Source: Nitrosopumilus sp. | GTDB taxonomy: Archaea > Thermoproteota > Nitrososphaeria > Nitrososphaerales > Nitrosopumilaceae | Reading direction: 5' to 3' | NCBI GenBank assembly: GCA_965205215.1 | Contig: OZ242041.1 | Coordinates: 480,001-544,000, forward strand | Length of the DNA stretch: 64,000 bases | Part shown: in pieces, positions 18,280-27,922 of the stretch | Layout of the letters: every line of letters begins with the position of its first letter | Position numbering within the stretch: the stretch's first letter is position 1 | Program-made: the position numbers and the translations under genes | The notes under the pieces: generated by a model | What the model was told of the DNA's origin: nothing | The model's input: only the letters and a program-made list of their open reading frames with translations | Database searches by the model: none

Positions 18280-19386
18280 ATGGAGCTGCAGAGCAAGACG
18301 ACCGTGTACGTCGCGATAGGCAGCATGCTTGCGCTGATGGGCGGGATCATCTATTATGCAAGCCTGGACAACGAGTCGCTGGAGCAGGCGGAGATCGAGC
18401 TCGGCTCCGTGATGCTCAGGGACGTCAACGCCGTTACGAACCAGGCGGAGTTCGTGGTAGAGTTTGTAGTGTCCAACCCGAGCGAAAAGACGTTCACCGT
18501 CGCCAGCATCGGGTACCAGCTGTACGGCGACGGGACGCTGCTGGGATCGGGACAGTACTCGGTGATTGACATCGCGCTTCCCGGCAGGGCGGTCTTCTAC
18601 TCCGGGGCCGCTGTGCCCCTGAAGAGCACGTTCGTCCTGGACAAGGGTTCGGTCGGCGAGGACGCGTACAACGCGATGATAGACGGGCGCATCTCCAGCT
18701 TTACGGCCGAGGGCATACTGACTACCCAGACCGCGTGGAGCACCATCGACAAGGAGTTCAAGACGCTTGCGTCGGCATACACAATAGAGGAGAAGCGCGA
18801 TACCGCGTACGAGGACTTTCTGACGCGCAACAACAAGCACATGGTCCGCGTCTCCGAGTATCAAAAGTACTGGGGAGACGGGCAGACGGACCAGCGCCTG
18901 AACGAGATACTGGACAACATACGCGTGGAGCGCGAAAAGGTCAACGGGTTCGACCCCGCGTCGGCCGGGGCGCAGCAGGAACGGCAGGAGTTCCGGGGCG
19001 CCAACGACGCGGCGGTGGCAGGACTGGTCTCGCTGCTGGCAGACGAGTACGACCTGCACATACGGCACGCGCAAGACAGCGGACTGTCAGAGATTGCGTC
19101 GTCACTTGAAAAGCAGAGGGAGGCGGCAGTGCGGATCACCGCCACGTCCTTTCCGGGAGCGGGCGACCACGTGGAGATGACTACTGCCCACGGCGAGGAG
19201 ACCGAGGGCCTGGTCGTGCAGATGGAGGAGGCCGGCGCGCAGGTGCGCGAGAGGCACGACGTGAGGGAGGTCGGAGACGACCAGAACACGATACAGGTTC
19301 TCTACTCGGTCATCACGTGCCAGCAGGAGCTCCGGATCAACGGCGAGGACTACATGGACGCCCTAGTGGAGCTTGGCGCCCGGTGA
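18280..19386 (+). CDS. Membrane-anchored LEA_2/WHy-domain protein with long C-terminal extension
   Basis: TM, then VEFVVSNPSEKTFTVASIGYQLY; TTTTTAAT upstream. Confidence 0.7.
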   Translation: MELQSKTTVYVAIGSMLALMGGIIYYASLDNESLEQAEIELGSVMLRDVNAVTNQAEFVVEFVVSNPSEKTFTVASIGYQLYGDGTLLGSGQYSVIDIALPGRAVFYSGAAVPLKSTFVLDKGSVGEDAYNAMIDGRISSFTAEGILTTQTAWSTIDKEFKTLASAYTIEEKRDTAYEDFLTRNNKHMVRVSEYQKYWGDGQTDQRLNEILDNIRVEREKVNGFDPASAGAQQERQEFRGANDAAVAGLVSLLADEYDLHIRHAQDSGLSEIASSLEKQREAAVRITATSFPGAGDHVEMTTAHGEETEGLVVQMEEAGAQVRERHDVREVGDDQNTIQVLYSVITCQQELRINGEDYMDALVELGAR

Positions 19387-19615
19387 GGCGCAGGCTACAT
19401 CATGCGCCGTCCGAGACTGCCTAATTCAAGCGCGCGGCGCGCATGTGCCCGAAATGGCTCGATTATGGGCGCGGCAGGCCGGTTAGCACGCCGACCCGGA
19501 GCAAGGGACAAAATTGTTATTTGGGCTCGCTCCCGCCCTTTTATGGCCCTACGGAACGCACGGGACGCGCCGCGCCCGTCGTGACGGCAAGGCGGCGGGA
19601 GGGGGATCCCTGTAC

Positions 19616-22384
19616 ATGGTGGTGAGGACAAGAAAGGCCGGGGCCGCCGCTGCCGCCACGGAGCCGCAGGACGTACCTTCCGCGCCAAAAAAGAGGCGCA
19701 AGGTCGAGAAAAAGACGGACGAGCCGGCCGTCGTAAACTCAAAGGAGCTGTGCATGACGCGGTTCAGGGAGTGGTGGTCCACAGACGAGCTCTCGGCCAT
19801 AATATCGCAGATCAACCCGGACATCATCATGATGTTCTCAGACGACAACAAGGACGTCTTCAACCCCGACAGGCTCTCGGAGATACTGTACGATACGGTC
19901 GGCTCGCGCTTTCTGCGGAACATAGAGAACGACACGACAAAGCGCAGGCTCTTTCTGGACCTGATACTTGCGACCGTAACCGCAAAGGGGCTTGCAAAGC
20001 CCGACGACATAATCGGGGCCGTACGGTCCGCGGTGCGCAGCGCAAAGAAAGACTCTGTAAACCGCATAACCGACATACCGGCCCTGGAGATTACAAACAA
20101 CCTCGGGCTGGCCCTCGCCGGAGTACTGGGACTGCCGCCGTCGGTGGCAGAAAAGGAGTACGTCGAGTCGCTGCCGGACACTGAGATCATAGTCCCGCAC
20201 ACCGCGCTCAACCCCCTGTACGACTACCAGTTTACGACCGGGATCGTCGTGCGCAGGATGCTGGAGGGGACCATGGTCGAGAACGACAAGGAGGCAAAGC
20301 GCAAGATGATATCCATCCCCACCGGAGCCGGCAAGACCCGCATGCTTGTCGAGACCATAATAGAGTGGCTCAACGACGGCAAGCCCTCAAAGAACGCCCA
20401 GCAACGGGACTCTAGGTTCATACTCTGGATCGCCCAGTCCAACGAGCTCTGCGAGCAGGCGTTCAGCACGTTCAAGGCCGTCTTTGAGGACGTCGGCCGG
20501 CGCGGCACCACGCTGCACATGCACCGCTTCTGGGGCGCGGGGGGCGCGCTGCCCACCCTCGGCATGGACGACCTGCTTGATGAGAAGGGGATAATTGTGG
20601 CCACGATACAGTCACTCCTCAAGATAATGGAGCAGCCCGAGCAGCTCCGGACGCTCGGCAGGCTGACTGCCTGCGTCATCATAGACGAGGCGCACCACGC
20701 CGTCGCCTCGTCCTACTCCAGGGTGCTGCGGGAGATGGGCTTTAACTGGGACAACAGAAAGTCGGAGATATCCGAGTGGGGGATCATACTCATCGGCCTG
20801 ACGGCCACGCCGTTCCGGGGCAAGGGCTCGGGCCTGGACACTGACAGGCTCAAGCGGCGCATGGGCGGCACGTACTTTCCGACCATACCCTACTCCGAGG
20901 AGCTGAGGCGCTACAAGCCCCACGCCGTAGTGGACTGCCAGACCATCGCATACACGAAGGATCCGATAAAGATCATAGGCGAGAACTCGTACGACCGGGA
21001 CGGACACATCGAGGACGGGGACTTTAGGTGGACCATCACGCGCACCGCACAGCTCGAGGAAGGGGCGCTGCCGGCGGACGCCGCGAGGGAGGACGGCGTC
21101 GTCACGTACGACGACAACACCTTGGAGGGCGCGGAGGACGGCCGCGGCCACGGAGAGGGCGCGGAGGGGCAGGCGGCCGACGCCGACGACGGCGGGGATG
21201 ACGGCAACAGCGACGACCCGACGGATGGGACGGACGCGCTCCCGACCTGGACGTACGACGGGCAGAGGAACATCATACACGAGTTCAAAAAGCCGGGGTA
21301 CTACGAGGTGGCGCTATCCGTAAGGGACAGCCACGGCAACGTGTCCATCACGACGGCCCGGATTACGGTCGAGCCCAGGCCGACGGAGTCGAAGATGACG
21401 CCTGAGGAGCGCCAGAAGAACCTGTACCACCGGCTCATAATGCGCAATATTTTGTGTGACGTATACCACAAGGTGCTCTCCTCGAGCAACTACGAGCTGA
21501 GCACGCAGGACGTCAAGTATATGGCGACCTTTGGCGAGTTCCGCAGGGAGACGATCAAGGAGATAGGGCGCGACAGGTCCCGCAACTCCATGATAGTCAG
21601 GGAGATAAAGCGCCTCAACGGGCTTGGCAAGCGCAAGATACTGTTCTTTGGGTGCAGCGTGGCGCACTCGAGGCAGATTGCTATGCTGCTAAAGGTGCTG
21701 TACCACATGAAGGTAAAGTACGTGGACTCGAAGATGGACCTGGACGCCCGCGTTAACGCGATAGAGCAATTCCGGTCGGGGGATCTGGAGGTGCTGTGCA
21801 ACTTTGACGTCCTGACCACGGGCTTTGACGCGCCCAACATAGACTGCGTGTTCGTGGGCAGGCCCGTCAAGAGCACGCTGCTGTACACGCAGATGATAGG
21901 AAGGGGCATGCGCGGGACCAAGAGCGGCGGGACCGAGAGCATGCTGCTGGTGGACGTCGATGACAACTTTCAGCTGCGCCAGAACTATGACGTGGTCGAG
22001 GTGGAGCTCGGATGGAAGATCTTCAAGAACTTTTGGAAGACGTGGGAGGATCCGTACGACGGGGACGCGGAGGCGGCGGCCGGCGGTGTCGGCGCAGAGA
22101 AGGGGGACGCAATGCTTGCCGTAAAGAGGCAGAGGGCGCGCGGCGGCAGGATAGAGGACAGCGACGTGTGGGAGGACGACGACGAGGAGGACGACGACGA
22201 GGAGGACGACGAGGACGCCGGCCTGACGTACGCCTGCTCCGGGTGCAAGAAGGAGGGGCGCGGCATACCGGAGATACAGAGCCTGTTTGGGATTGAGGGG
22301 GCGCGGCAGCTGCTGGCAGAGTGCCTGCGGTCCGGCGACCACTCCATGCTGCCATCCGAATGCATGGAGTGCAGGAGCAGGTAG
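19616..22384 (+). CDS. SF2 DEAH-box (ResIII-like) helicase with internal PKD-like domain and C-terminal Cys4
   Basis: IPTGAGKT, IIDEAHH, GLTATP, LTTGFDAP, QMIGRGMR; C-terminal CSGC...CMEC. Confidence 0.9.
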   Translation: MVVRTRKAGAAAAATEPQDVPSAPKKRRKVEKKTDEPAVVNSKELCMTRFREWWSTDELSAIISQINPDIIMMFSDDNKDVFNPDRLSEILYDTVGSRFLRNIENDTTKRRLFLDLILATVTAKGLAKPDDIIGAVRSAVRSAKKDSVNRITDIPALEITNNLGLALAGVLGLPPSVAEKEYVESLPDTEIIVPHTALNPLYDYQFTTGIVVRRMLEGTMVENDKEAKRKMISIPTGAGKTRMLVETIIEWLNDGKPSKNAQQRDSRFILWIAQSNELCEQAFSTFKAVFEDVGRRGTTLHMHRFWGAGGALPTLGMDDLLDEKGIIVATIQSLLKIMEQPEQLRTLGRLTACVIIDEAHHAVASSYSRVLREMGFNWDNRKSEISEWGIILIGLTATPFRGKGSGLDTDRLKRRMGGTYFPTIPYSEELRRYKPHAVVDCQTIAYTKDPIKIIGENSYDRDGHIEDGDFRWTITRTAQLEEGALPADAAREDGVVTYDDNTLEGAEDGRGHGEGAEGQAADADDGGDDGNSDDPTDGTDALPTWTYDGQRNIIHEFKKPGYYEVALSVRDSHGNVSITTARITVEPRPTESKMTPEERQKNLYHRLIMRNILCDVYHKVLSSSNYELSTQDVKYMATFGEFRRETIKEIGRDRSRNSMIVREIKRLNGLGKRKILFFGCSVAHSRQIAMLLKVLYHMKVKYVDSKMDLDARVNAIEQFRSGDLEVLCNFDVLTTGFDAPNIDCVFVGRPVKSTLLYTQMIGRGMRGTKSGGTESMLLVDVDDNFQLRQNYDVVEVELGWKIFKNFWKTWEDPYDGDAEAAAGGVGAEKGDAMLAVKRQRARGGRIEDSDVWEDDDEEDDDEEDDEDAGLTYACSGCKKEGRGIPEIQSLFGIEGARQLLAECLRSGDHSMLPSECMECRSR

Positions 22385-22467
22385 TCTGCCGGCCCGTGGG
22401 GGGCCGCCGTGCCCGGCCGGCGGCGGCGGGCCTGACACTTTTTTTAGAGCCGCCGCGCAGTATAGCA

Positions 22468-22983
22468 GTGGCCGACGGTCTCTTGGTGGGTAGGTTCCAG
22501 CCGTTTCATCTGGGGCACATGTCCGCGCTCCGGTTTGCACTCGACACGGCGGACCGGCTCTGGATCGGAATAGGCAGCTCCAACAGGCCCCCGGAGGCGG
22601 CAAACCCGTTTACGGCAGCGGAGCGCAGGGAGATGATACTCTCCTCGGTGGACGCCGGCACGGCGGCGCGCGTTGCGATATACGACATACCGGACGTGGA
22701 GAACCACGTCAGGTGGCTTGACCTGATCGACGAGATCGTGCCCCCCTTTGGCGTGGTGTTTACAAACGACCGGCTGACAGAGCGCCTCTACTCTGAGAGG
22801 AAAAGGGGCGCAGTCAGGACCGTCCGAATCCCGTTCCTCGACCGGGACGAGCTGTCCGGCACCCGCATCCGGAACATGCTCAGGGGCGGGGCCCCCCCGC
22901 CCGACTGGCAGCGGCTCGTCCCGTCCGGGACGCGGGACGTCCTGCGACGGTGCGACGCGGCGTCGCGCCTGGCGGATCTCTAG
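22468..22983 (+). CDS. nadM: Nicotinamide-nucleotide adenylyltransferase
   Basis: GRFQPFHLGH, NPFTAAER, SGTRIR. Confidence 0.9.
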   Translation: MADGLLVGRFQPFHLGHMSALRFALDTADRLWIGIGSSNRPPEAANPFTAAERREMILSSVDAGTAARVAIYDIPDVENHVRWLDLIDEIVPPFGVVFTNDRLTERLYSERKRGAVRTVRIPFLDRDELSGTRIRNMLRGGAPPPDWQRLVPSGTRDVLRRCDAASRLADL

Positions 22984-23017
22984 TTATAAATAAAGCAGGA
23001 CGGCATCCAGAGCAAAC

Positions 23018-24163
23018 ATGGAATATCTGGCGATGCTTCCGGGCCCCACAAACGTGCCCAACAGGGTCATGAGGGCCATGCTGGCGCCCATGATAAACCA
23101 CCGCAGCGACGACTTTGTAGACCTGTACACGGACGTAATATCAAAGACCCAGCAGGTGTTCGAGACCACGAACGACGTGGTCGCCCTCTCCGCGTCCGGA
23201 ACCGGGGCCGTCGAGGCGGGCGTCATCAACCTGGTCAAGAAGGACGACAAGGTGATCATACCGGTAAACGGCGAGTTCTCAAGCAGGCTGGCCCAGCTCA
23301 TCGAGGGGCAGGGCGCAAACGTGGTAAGGCTGGAGACGCCGCCGGGACAGAACGCAACGTTTGAGCAGGTAAAGGAGGCCTTTGACAACAACCCCGACGT
23401 AAAGGCGTTCTACGTGGTGCACAACGAGACCTCGACTGGGACCATGGTCAAGTATCTTGACCGGGTGTCTGACCTGACGTCGAGAAACGACGCGTTCTAC
23501 GTGGTGGACTCTGTCTCGCTGCTGGGAGGAGCCGAGCTGCCCGTCGACAAGTGGAACGTGGACGTCTGCATGACGGGCGCGCAAAAGGCGATCGCGGCGC
23601 CGCCCGGAATATCCCCAATATCAGTAAGCCCGAGGGCCAAGAAATACATGATCGAGAACCCGCCGAACACGATGTACTTTAACCTGGCACGCTACTTCAA
23701 GTACTACGAGGAGTCGAAGCACACCCCGTTCACGCCGGCCCTGCCCCTGTTGCACGCCTACAGGGAGGCACTCTCCATACTGCTGGAGGAGGGGCTGCCA
23801 AACGTGTTCCGGCGCCACCGGACGTGCTCCGACGCTCTGTACTCGGGGCTCAGCGCCATAGGACTGACCCCGTTTGCAAAGGAGGAGGACAGGTCGATAT
23901 CCATAGTGGCGCTGAACTACCTGGAGGGGCTGGAGGACAAGACGTTCAGGGACACGCTTGCGGCAAAGTTCAAGGTTCTTGTGGCAGGCGGCTTTGGCAA
24001 CCTCAAGGGCAAGGTCTTCAGGGTGGGGTGCATGGGTGAGGTGAGCCCCTACCACGTGATGCGGACCATATCTGCCATATCCTCCACGCTTGCCATGATG
24101 GGGTACGACACGGACCCGCAGGCCGGGCTAAAGGCGGCCGAAGAGAAGCTAAAGGCGCTCTGA
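23018..24163 (+). CDS. Class V PLP aminotransferase (alanine-glyoxylate/serine-pyruvate family)
   Basis: PGPT, HNETSTG, VDSVS, GAQKA. Confidence 0.93.
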   Translation: MEYLAMLPGPTNVPNRVMRAMLAPMINHRSDDFVDLYTDVISKTQQVFETTNDVVALSASGTGAVEAGVINLVKKDDKVIIPVNGEFSSRLAQLIEGQGANVVRLETPPGQNATFEQVKEAFDNNPDVKAFYVVHNETSTGTMVKYLDRVSDLTSRNDAFYVVDSVSLLGGAELPVDKWNVDVCMTGAQKAIAAPPGISPISVSPRAKKYMIENPPNTMYFNLARYFKYYEESKHTPFTPALPLLHAYREALSILLEEGLPNVFRRHRTCSDALYSGLSAIGLTPFAKEEDRSISIVALNYLEGLEDKTFRDTLAAKFKVLVAGGFGNLKGKVFRVGCMGEVSPYHVMRTISAISSTLAMMGYDTDPQAGLKAAEEKLKAL

Positions 24164-24239
24164 CGGCGTACGCCGCAAACGGGCGAGCGGCAGCCTGAGC
24201 GCGTTTGATTTAATATGTGGAAATTCGAGAGCAGGCTCG

Positions 24240-25064
24240 TTGACTTTTGAGAAGGGGTCGCTGATTCTAGTAGAATATACGATGCGCGCCAAGGACAGCG
24301 ACGCCGTCATCGAGACTACCAGCGAGGAGGACGCCAAGGCCGGTTCGATACACGATCCCGACGTTCTGTACGTGCCCCGGCTCGTCTCTGTCGGGGAGGC
24401 CAACTATCCGGTCCTCAAGGGCTTTGCTGAGGGACTCGGGGAGATGTCGGTGGGAGAGAGCAGGGCCATAGAGGTCGGGCCAGAGAAGGCGTGGGGCGTG
24501 CGCGATCCGAAACAGGTGCGCACGTATCCGCAGCGGAAGCTCGGCAAGGACGCCGACCACTACTCGGCGGGGGATCGCGTGCTTATTGACGACAAGCCGG
24601 GCATAATCAGGTTCATGAGCTCCGGCAGGGTGCAGATTGACTTTAACCACGTGCACGCCGGCAAGACCCTTGTGTATGACGCGACCGTCAAGGCGCTGCT
24701 TGACAAGCCGGATGACATCATACGCAGCATACTGCTGGCCAGACTGAGCATCAAAGAACCGGAATTTGCGACGGATGCAGGCGTCCTCTCGATCACGCTC
24801 GCGGGGGACATACTGGAGTCCATGGAACTGCCCGCCGCAAAGCGCAGGATCGCGCGCGACATATTCAAGTTCGTGCCTGATCTGGACTCTGTGCGGTTCG
24901 TTGAGAGCTTTGAGAACAAGGCAAAGGCGCCGCCGCAACAACAGCCGGATACTCCGGCAGCCGACGACGCTGCCAGTGGTGATACTGCCAATGATGATGA
25001 TAGTACTGCTGCCGCCGCCACCACGGACACCAACGCCGACTCTGGTGACGGCAGGACTGCCTAG
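24240..25064 (+). CDS. Long-type FKBP peptidyl-prolyl isomerase (SlyD-like)
   Basis: PEKAWGVRDP, IDFNHVHAGKTL. Confidence 0.9.
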   Translation: MTFEKGSLILVEYTMRAKDSDAVIETTSEEDAKAGSIHDPDVLYVPRLVSVGEANYPVLKGFAEGLGEMSVGESRAIEVGPEKAWGVRDPKQVRTYPQRKLGKDADHYSAGDRVLIDDKPGIIRFMSSGRVQIDFNHVHAGKTLVYDATVKALLDKPDDIIRSILLARLSIKEPEFATDAGVLSITLAGDILESMELPAAKRRIARDIFKFVPDLDSVRFVESFENKAKAPPQQQPDTPAADDAASGDTANDDDSTAAAATTDTNADSGDGRTA

Positions 25065-25138
25065 CCGCATTACGTGCCGCCTGCGTCCCCTTGGATGCCC
25101 CATTTTGACATAAATACAGAGGTCGCTTCCGTACTACA

Positions 25139-26272
25139 ATGACGGGCAATATGCATACTATGGAGCTGCCGCGCCTCATAGAGATAGGAGAGAAGAACCT
25201 GGACGGGTTTGGGCGTTTTCTTTGCTCGCTGGCAGGCGGCGTAGGTTACGGCAGCAGCAGCAGTAGCAGCAGCGCCGGCAGCAACACAGGCGACAACACC
25301 GGCAGCCCCGCCGCGAAAAGGCCCGACGGCATATCCCTGGTGTCCGGCTCCAACGTGCGGCGCATCATCAGAAAGACAGTCGAGGGGTCACTCGAGTCTG
25401 CCGGCATCGCATACGTGTGGCACAAGGCGGGCAAGAACAGCCCCGACTCGCTTGACCGCGTACGGGCCGAGATCGAGGAGGACGACACCGAGATGGTAGC
25501 CGGGATAGGAGGCGGAAGGTCTGTTGACACCGCCAAGATGATCTCGTTTGGCATGCGGAGGCCGTTTGTCAGCGTGCCCACCGCCGCGTCCCACGACGGA
25601 ATGGCAAGCCCGTTTGTCTCCATCAAGAGCGACAGGCCGCACTCGATAGTGGCATCCGCGCCGCTGGGGGTCTTTGTGGACATCAGCATAATCAAGAGCG
25701 CCCCGCCCGGGCTGCTTGCAAGCGGCTGCGGCGATCTGATCGCCAACATCATCGCGGTCCGGGACTGGCAGCTCGGGCACAGGCGCACCGACGAGTACTA
25801 TGGGAGGTATGCGGCCGACCTGGCCACTATGAGCGCAATGATGGTAATCGAGAACTCGGCCGAGTTTGCAGAGAAGGGCACGGACGCCAGGCTGATCGTC
25901 GAGGGGCTGATCAGCGCCGGGGTCGCGTCATGCATAGCCGGCAGCAGCAGGCCCTGCTCCGGCTCCGAGCACCTGTTCTCCCACGCGCTCGACGCGATAG
26001 CCCCCGGTATAGGACTGCACGGCGAAAAGTGCGGGATCGGCTCGATAATGATGGCAAAGCTGCACGGGCAGGACTGGCGCAGGATTGCAAGGGCCCTGAG
26101 GGACGTGGGGGCCCCCACGACTGCAGAGCAGGTGGGGCTTGACGCGGACCACATAGTAAGGGCGCTCTGCATGGCGCAGGGGCTCAGGCCGGAGCGCTAT
26201 ACCATACTGTCCGAGTCGGAGATGACCCCGAGAAAGGCGCTGAGCCTGGCAAAGAGCACCGGAGTCGTATGA
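25139..26272 (+). CDS. egsA: sn-glycerol-1-phosphate dehydrogenase
   Basis: GIGGGRSVDTAK, PTAASHDG, SGSEHLFSHALD, HGEKCG. Confidence 0.95.
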   Translation: MTGNMHTMELPRLIEIGEKNLDGFGRFLCSLAGGVGYGSSSSSSSAGSNTGDNTGSPAAKRPDGISLVSGSNVRRIIRKTVEGSLESAGIAYVWHKAGKNSPDSLDRVRAEIEEDDTEMVAGIGGGRSVDTAKMISFGMRRPFVSVPTAASHDGMASPFVSIKSDRPHSIVASAPLGVFVDISIIKSAPPGLLASGCGDLIANIIAVRDWQLGHRRTDEYYGRYAADLATMSAMMVIENSAEFAEKGTDARLIVEGLISAGVASCIAGSSRPCSGSEHLFSHALDAIAPGIGLHGEKCGIGSIMMAKLHGQDWRRIARALRDVGAPTTAEQVGLDADHIVRALCMAQGLRPERYTILSESEMTPRKALSLAKSTGVV

Positions 26273-26499
26273 GCCGGCGCCGGCGTAGCGATCCGGCCGC
26301 TGCGGAATCAGGCACGGGTCCGCGCAAGCCCCCGCCTGCCGCGGGCGCGTGCATGCGGGGCCGGGCGGGCTCTGTCAAATCGGTGACCTGAGGTGCATTA
26401 ACCCAAGCTTTATTTGGAATCTGACACATATGAAAGCCATGGGCATGCACCTGCATTGTATGTAAGCAAACGGGGTTATGGTTTACGGGTACGCGTAGG

Positions 26500-27033
26500 T
26501 TGAGGATGAGATGGGTTGACCGGTTCATAATAACCGCGATAGTTCAAGGGGCGGTGATTACCGGGATGGCCCTGGCCATTGTCGGGGTGCAGATGGCATA
26601 CGCCAACGTGAATATAATCCAGCACCTGTCACTGTCATTTGAGGGGGCCGCCAAGTGGTTCTTTCTGGGGATAGTGTTTCACTTGATCGTCATAGTTGCA
26701 ATAGCAGTCACCGCGCTGTTTTACAGCCACTTGGAGATCACCCTCAAGAAAAAGTTCTCACGCGCGTCAAATACACTGGCCGCCATACACCTAATCGGGA
26801 TGAACGTCGGCGGCGCCGGGGCCATGATGATCATGACGTTTGCGGGCCTTGCAGGAAGCGGGCTGCTGGATGTGTTTGCCACGGGGAAGCCAGGCCCACA
26901 GTCCCCCGCAATCATGGATTCGTTTGTAGAGCCAATCGGCGGGTTTGTCGCACTTTTGGCAGTAGGCGTCATGTGTGGTGGCTTTTGCTTCATGCTGGCA
27001 TATAGGAGCAGTCCGGAAGGGGCGGCATCCTAG
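26500..27033 (+). CDS. Four-TM hypothetical membrane protein
   Basis: Four hydrophobic segments, AIHLIGMNVG motif. Confidence 0.7.
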   Translation: MRMRWVDRFIITAIVQGAVITGMALAIVGVQMAYANVNIIQHLSLSFEGAAKWFFLGIVFHLIVIVAIAVTALFYSHLEITLKKKFSRASNTLAAIHLIGMNVGGAGAMMIMTFAGLAGSGLLDVFATGKPGPQSPAIMDSFVEPIGGFVALLAVGVMCGGFCFMLAYRSSPEGAAS

Positions 27034-27222
27034 CGCCCCGGGTTGGCGGCGCCGGATACGGATCCAACGCGGTGGCGATCTGTCCTAAAGTGTCGATGGG
27101 ATGCATTACTGCACTGTCTTGCCCGGCAAGCAGTCCCGCCTTTAATACGTGCCTGTGTATGATCATATCAAACGTCGACAGTGTAGGCAGTTCCGCCTAG
27201 GGGCGCATTTCCGTCTGCTGGC

Positions 27223-27915
27223 TTGGCGCATAGTTATTTAAAAGGCCAAAACGTGCATGAGACAGGTGCTTTTTTGTCAAGGGCCAACATTGAAAACAAG
27301 ATACTGCATGGTACCACCACCGTGGGCATTAGGGCCAGTGACGGGGTGGTGCTCTGCGCAGACATGAGGGCCTCGGCAGGCTATTTCATTGCCAACAACA
27401 ACACCATGAAGATCCAAAAGATAGACGACCACGCCGGGCTGACCCTTGCCGGCGGCGTGGCCGACGCCCAGAACATAGTGGACGTACTGAGGTACCACGC
27501 CGGGCTGCACAGGGTGGAGAGGGACGGCGCCCCCATAGGGATAAACTCGCTTGCCCGCCTCTGCTCGCTGATATTCCACCAGAACCGCGGCTATCCGTTC
27601 ATCGCGGACATACTGGTGGGCGGATACGACGACTCGGAGGGGCCGGCGCTCTTCAACATAGACATGTTCGGCTCCGTCGAGCCAAAGCCGTACGTTACGA
27701 CGGGCAGCGGATCGCCGGTCGCGTACGGGCTGCTGGAGGACGAGTATTCGCCGGACATTACGGTATCGGAAGCCAAGACGATCGCCCTCAGGGCGGTCAG
27801 GGCCGCGATAGTGAGAAACATCGGGACTGGCGACGGAATCAACTTGGCCGTGATGGACAGCGGCGGGTTCCGGCTCCTGACCGACGAGCAGAAGAAGGCA
27901 GTAATCAAACTCTAG
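27223..27915 (+). CDS. psmB: Proteasome subunit beta
   Basis: HG/TTTVG, DMRAS, GSGS; true start uncertain. Confidence 0.95.
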   Translation: MAHSYLKGQNVHETGAFLSRANIENKILHGTTTVGIRASDGVVLCADMRASAGYFIANNNTMKIQKIDDHAGLTLAGGVADAQNIVDVLRYHAGLHRVERDGAPIGINSLARLCSLIFHQNRGYPFIADILVGGYDDSEGPALFNIDMFGSVEPKPYVTTGSGSPVAYGLLEDEYSPDITVSEAKTIALRAVRAAIVRNIGTGDGINLAVMDSGGFRLLTDEQKKAVIKL

Positions 27916-27922
27916 TGATATA

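Noticed and set aside
20918-21376. Intein in the helicase
   Set aside because: No C/S start with HN-C/S/T end and no LAGLIDADG motifs; the insert looks PKD-like
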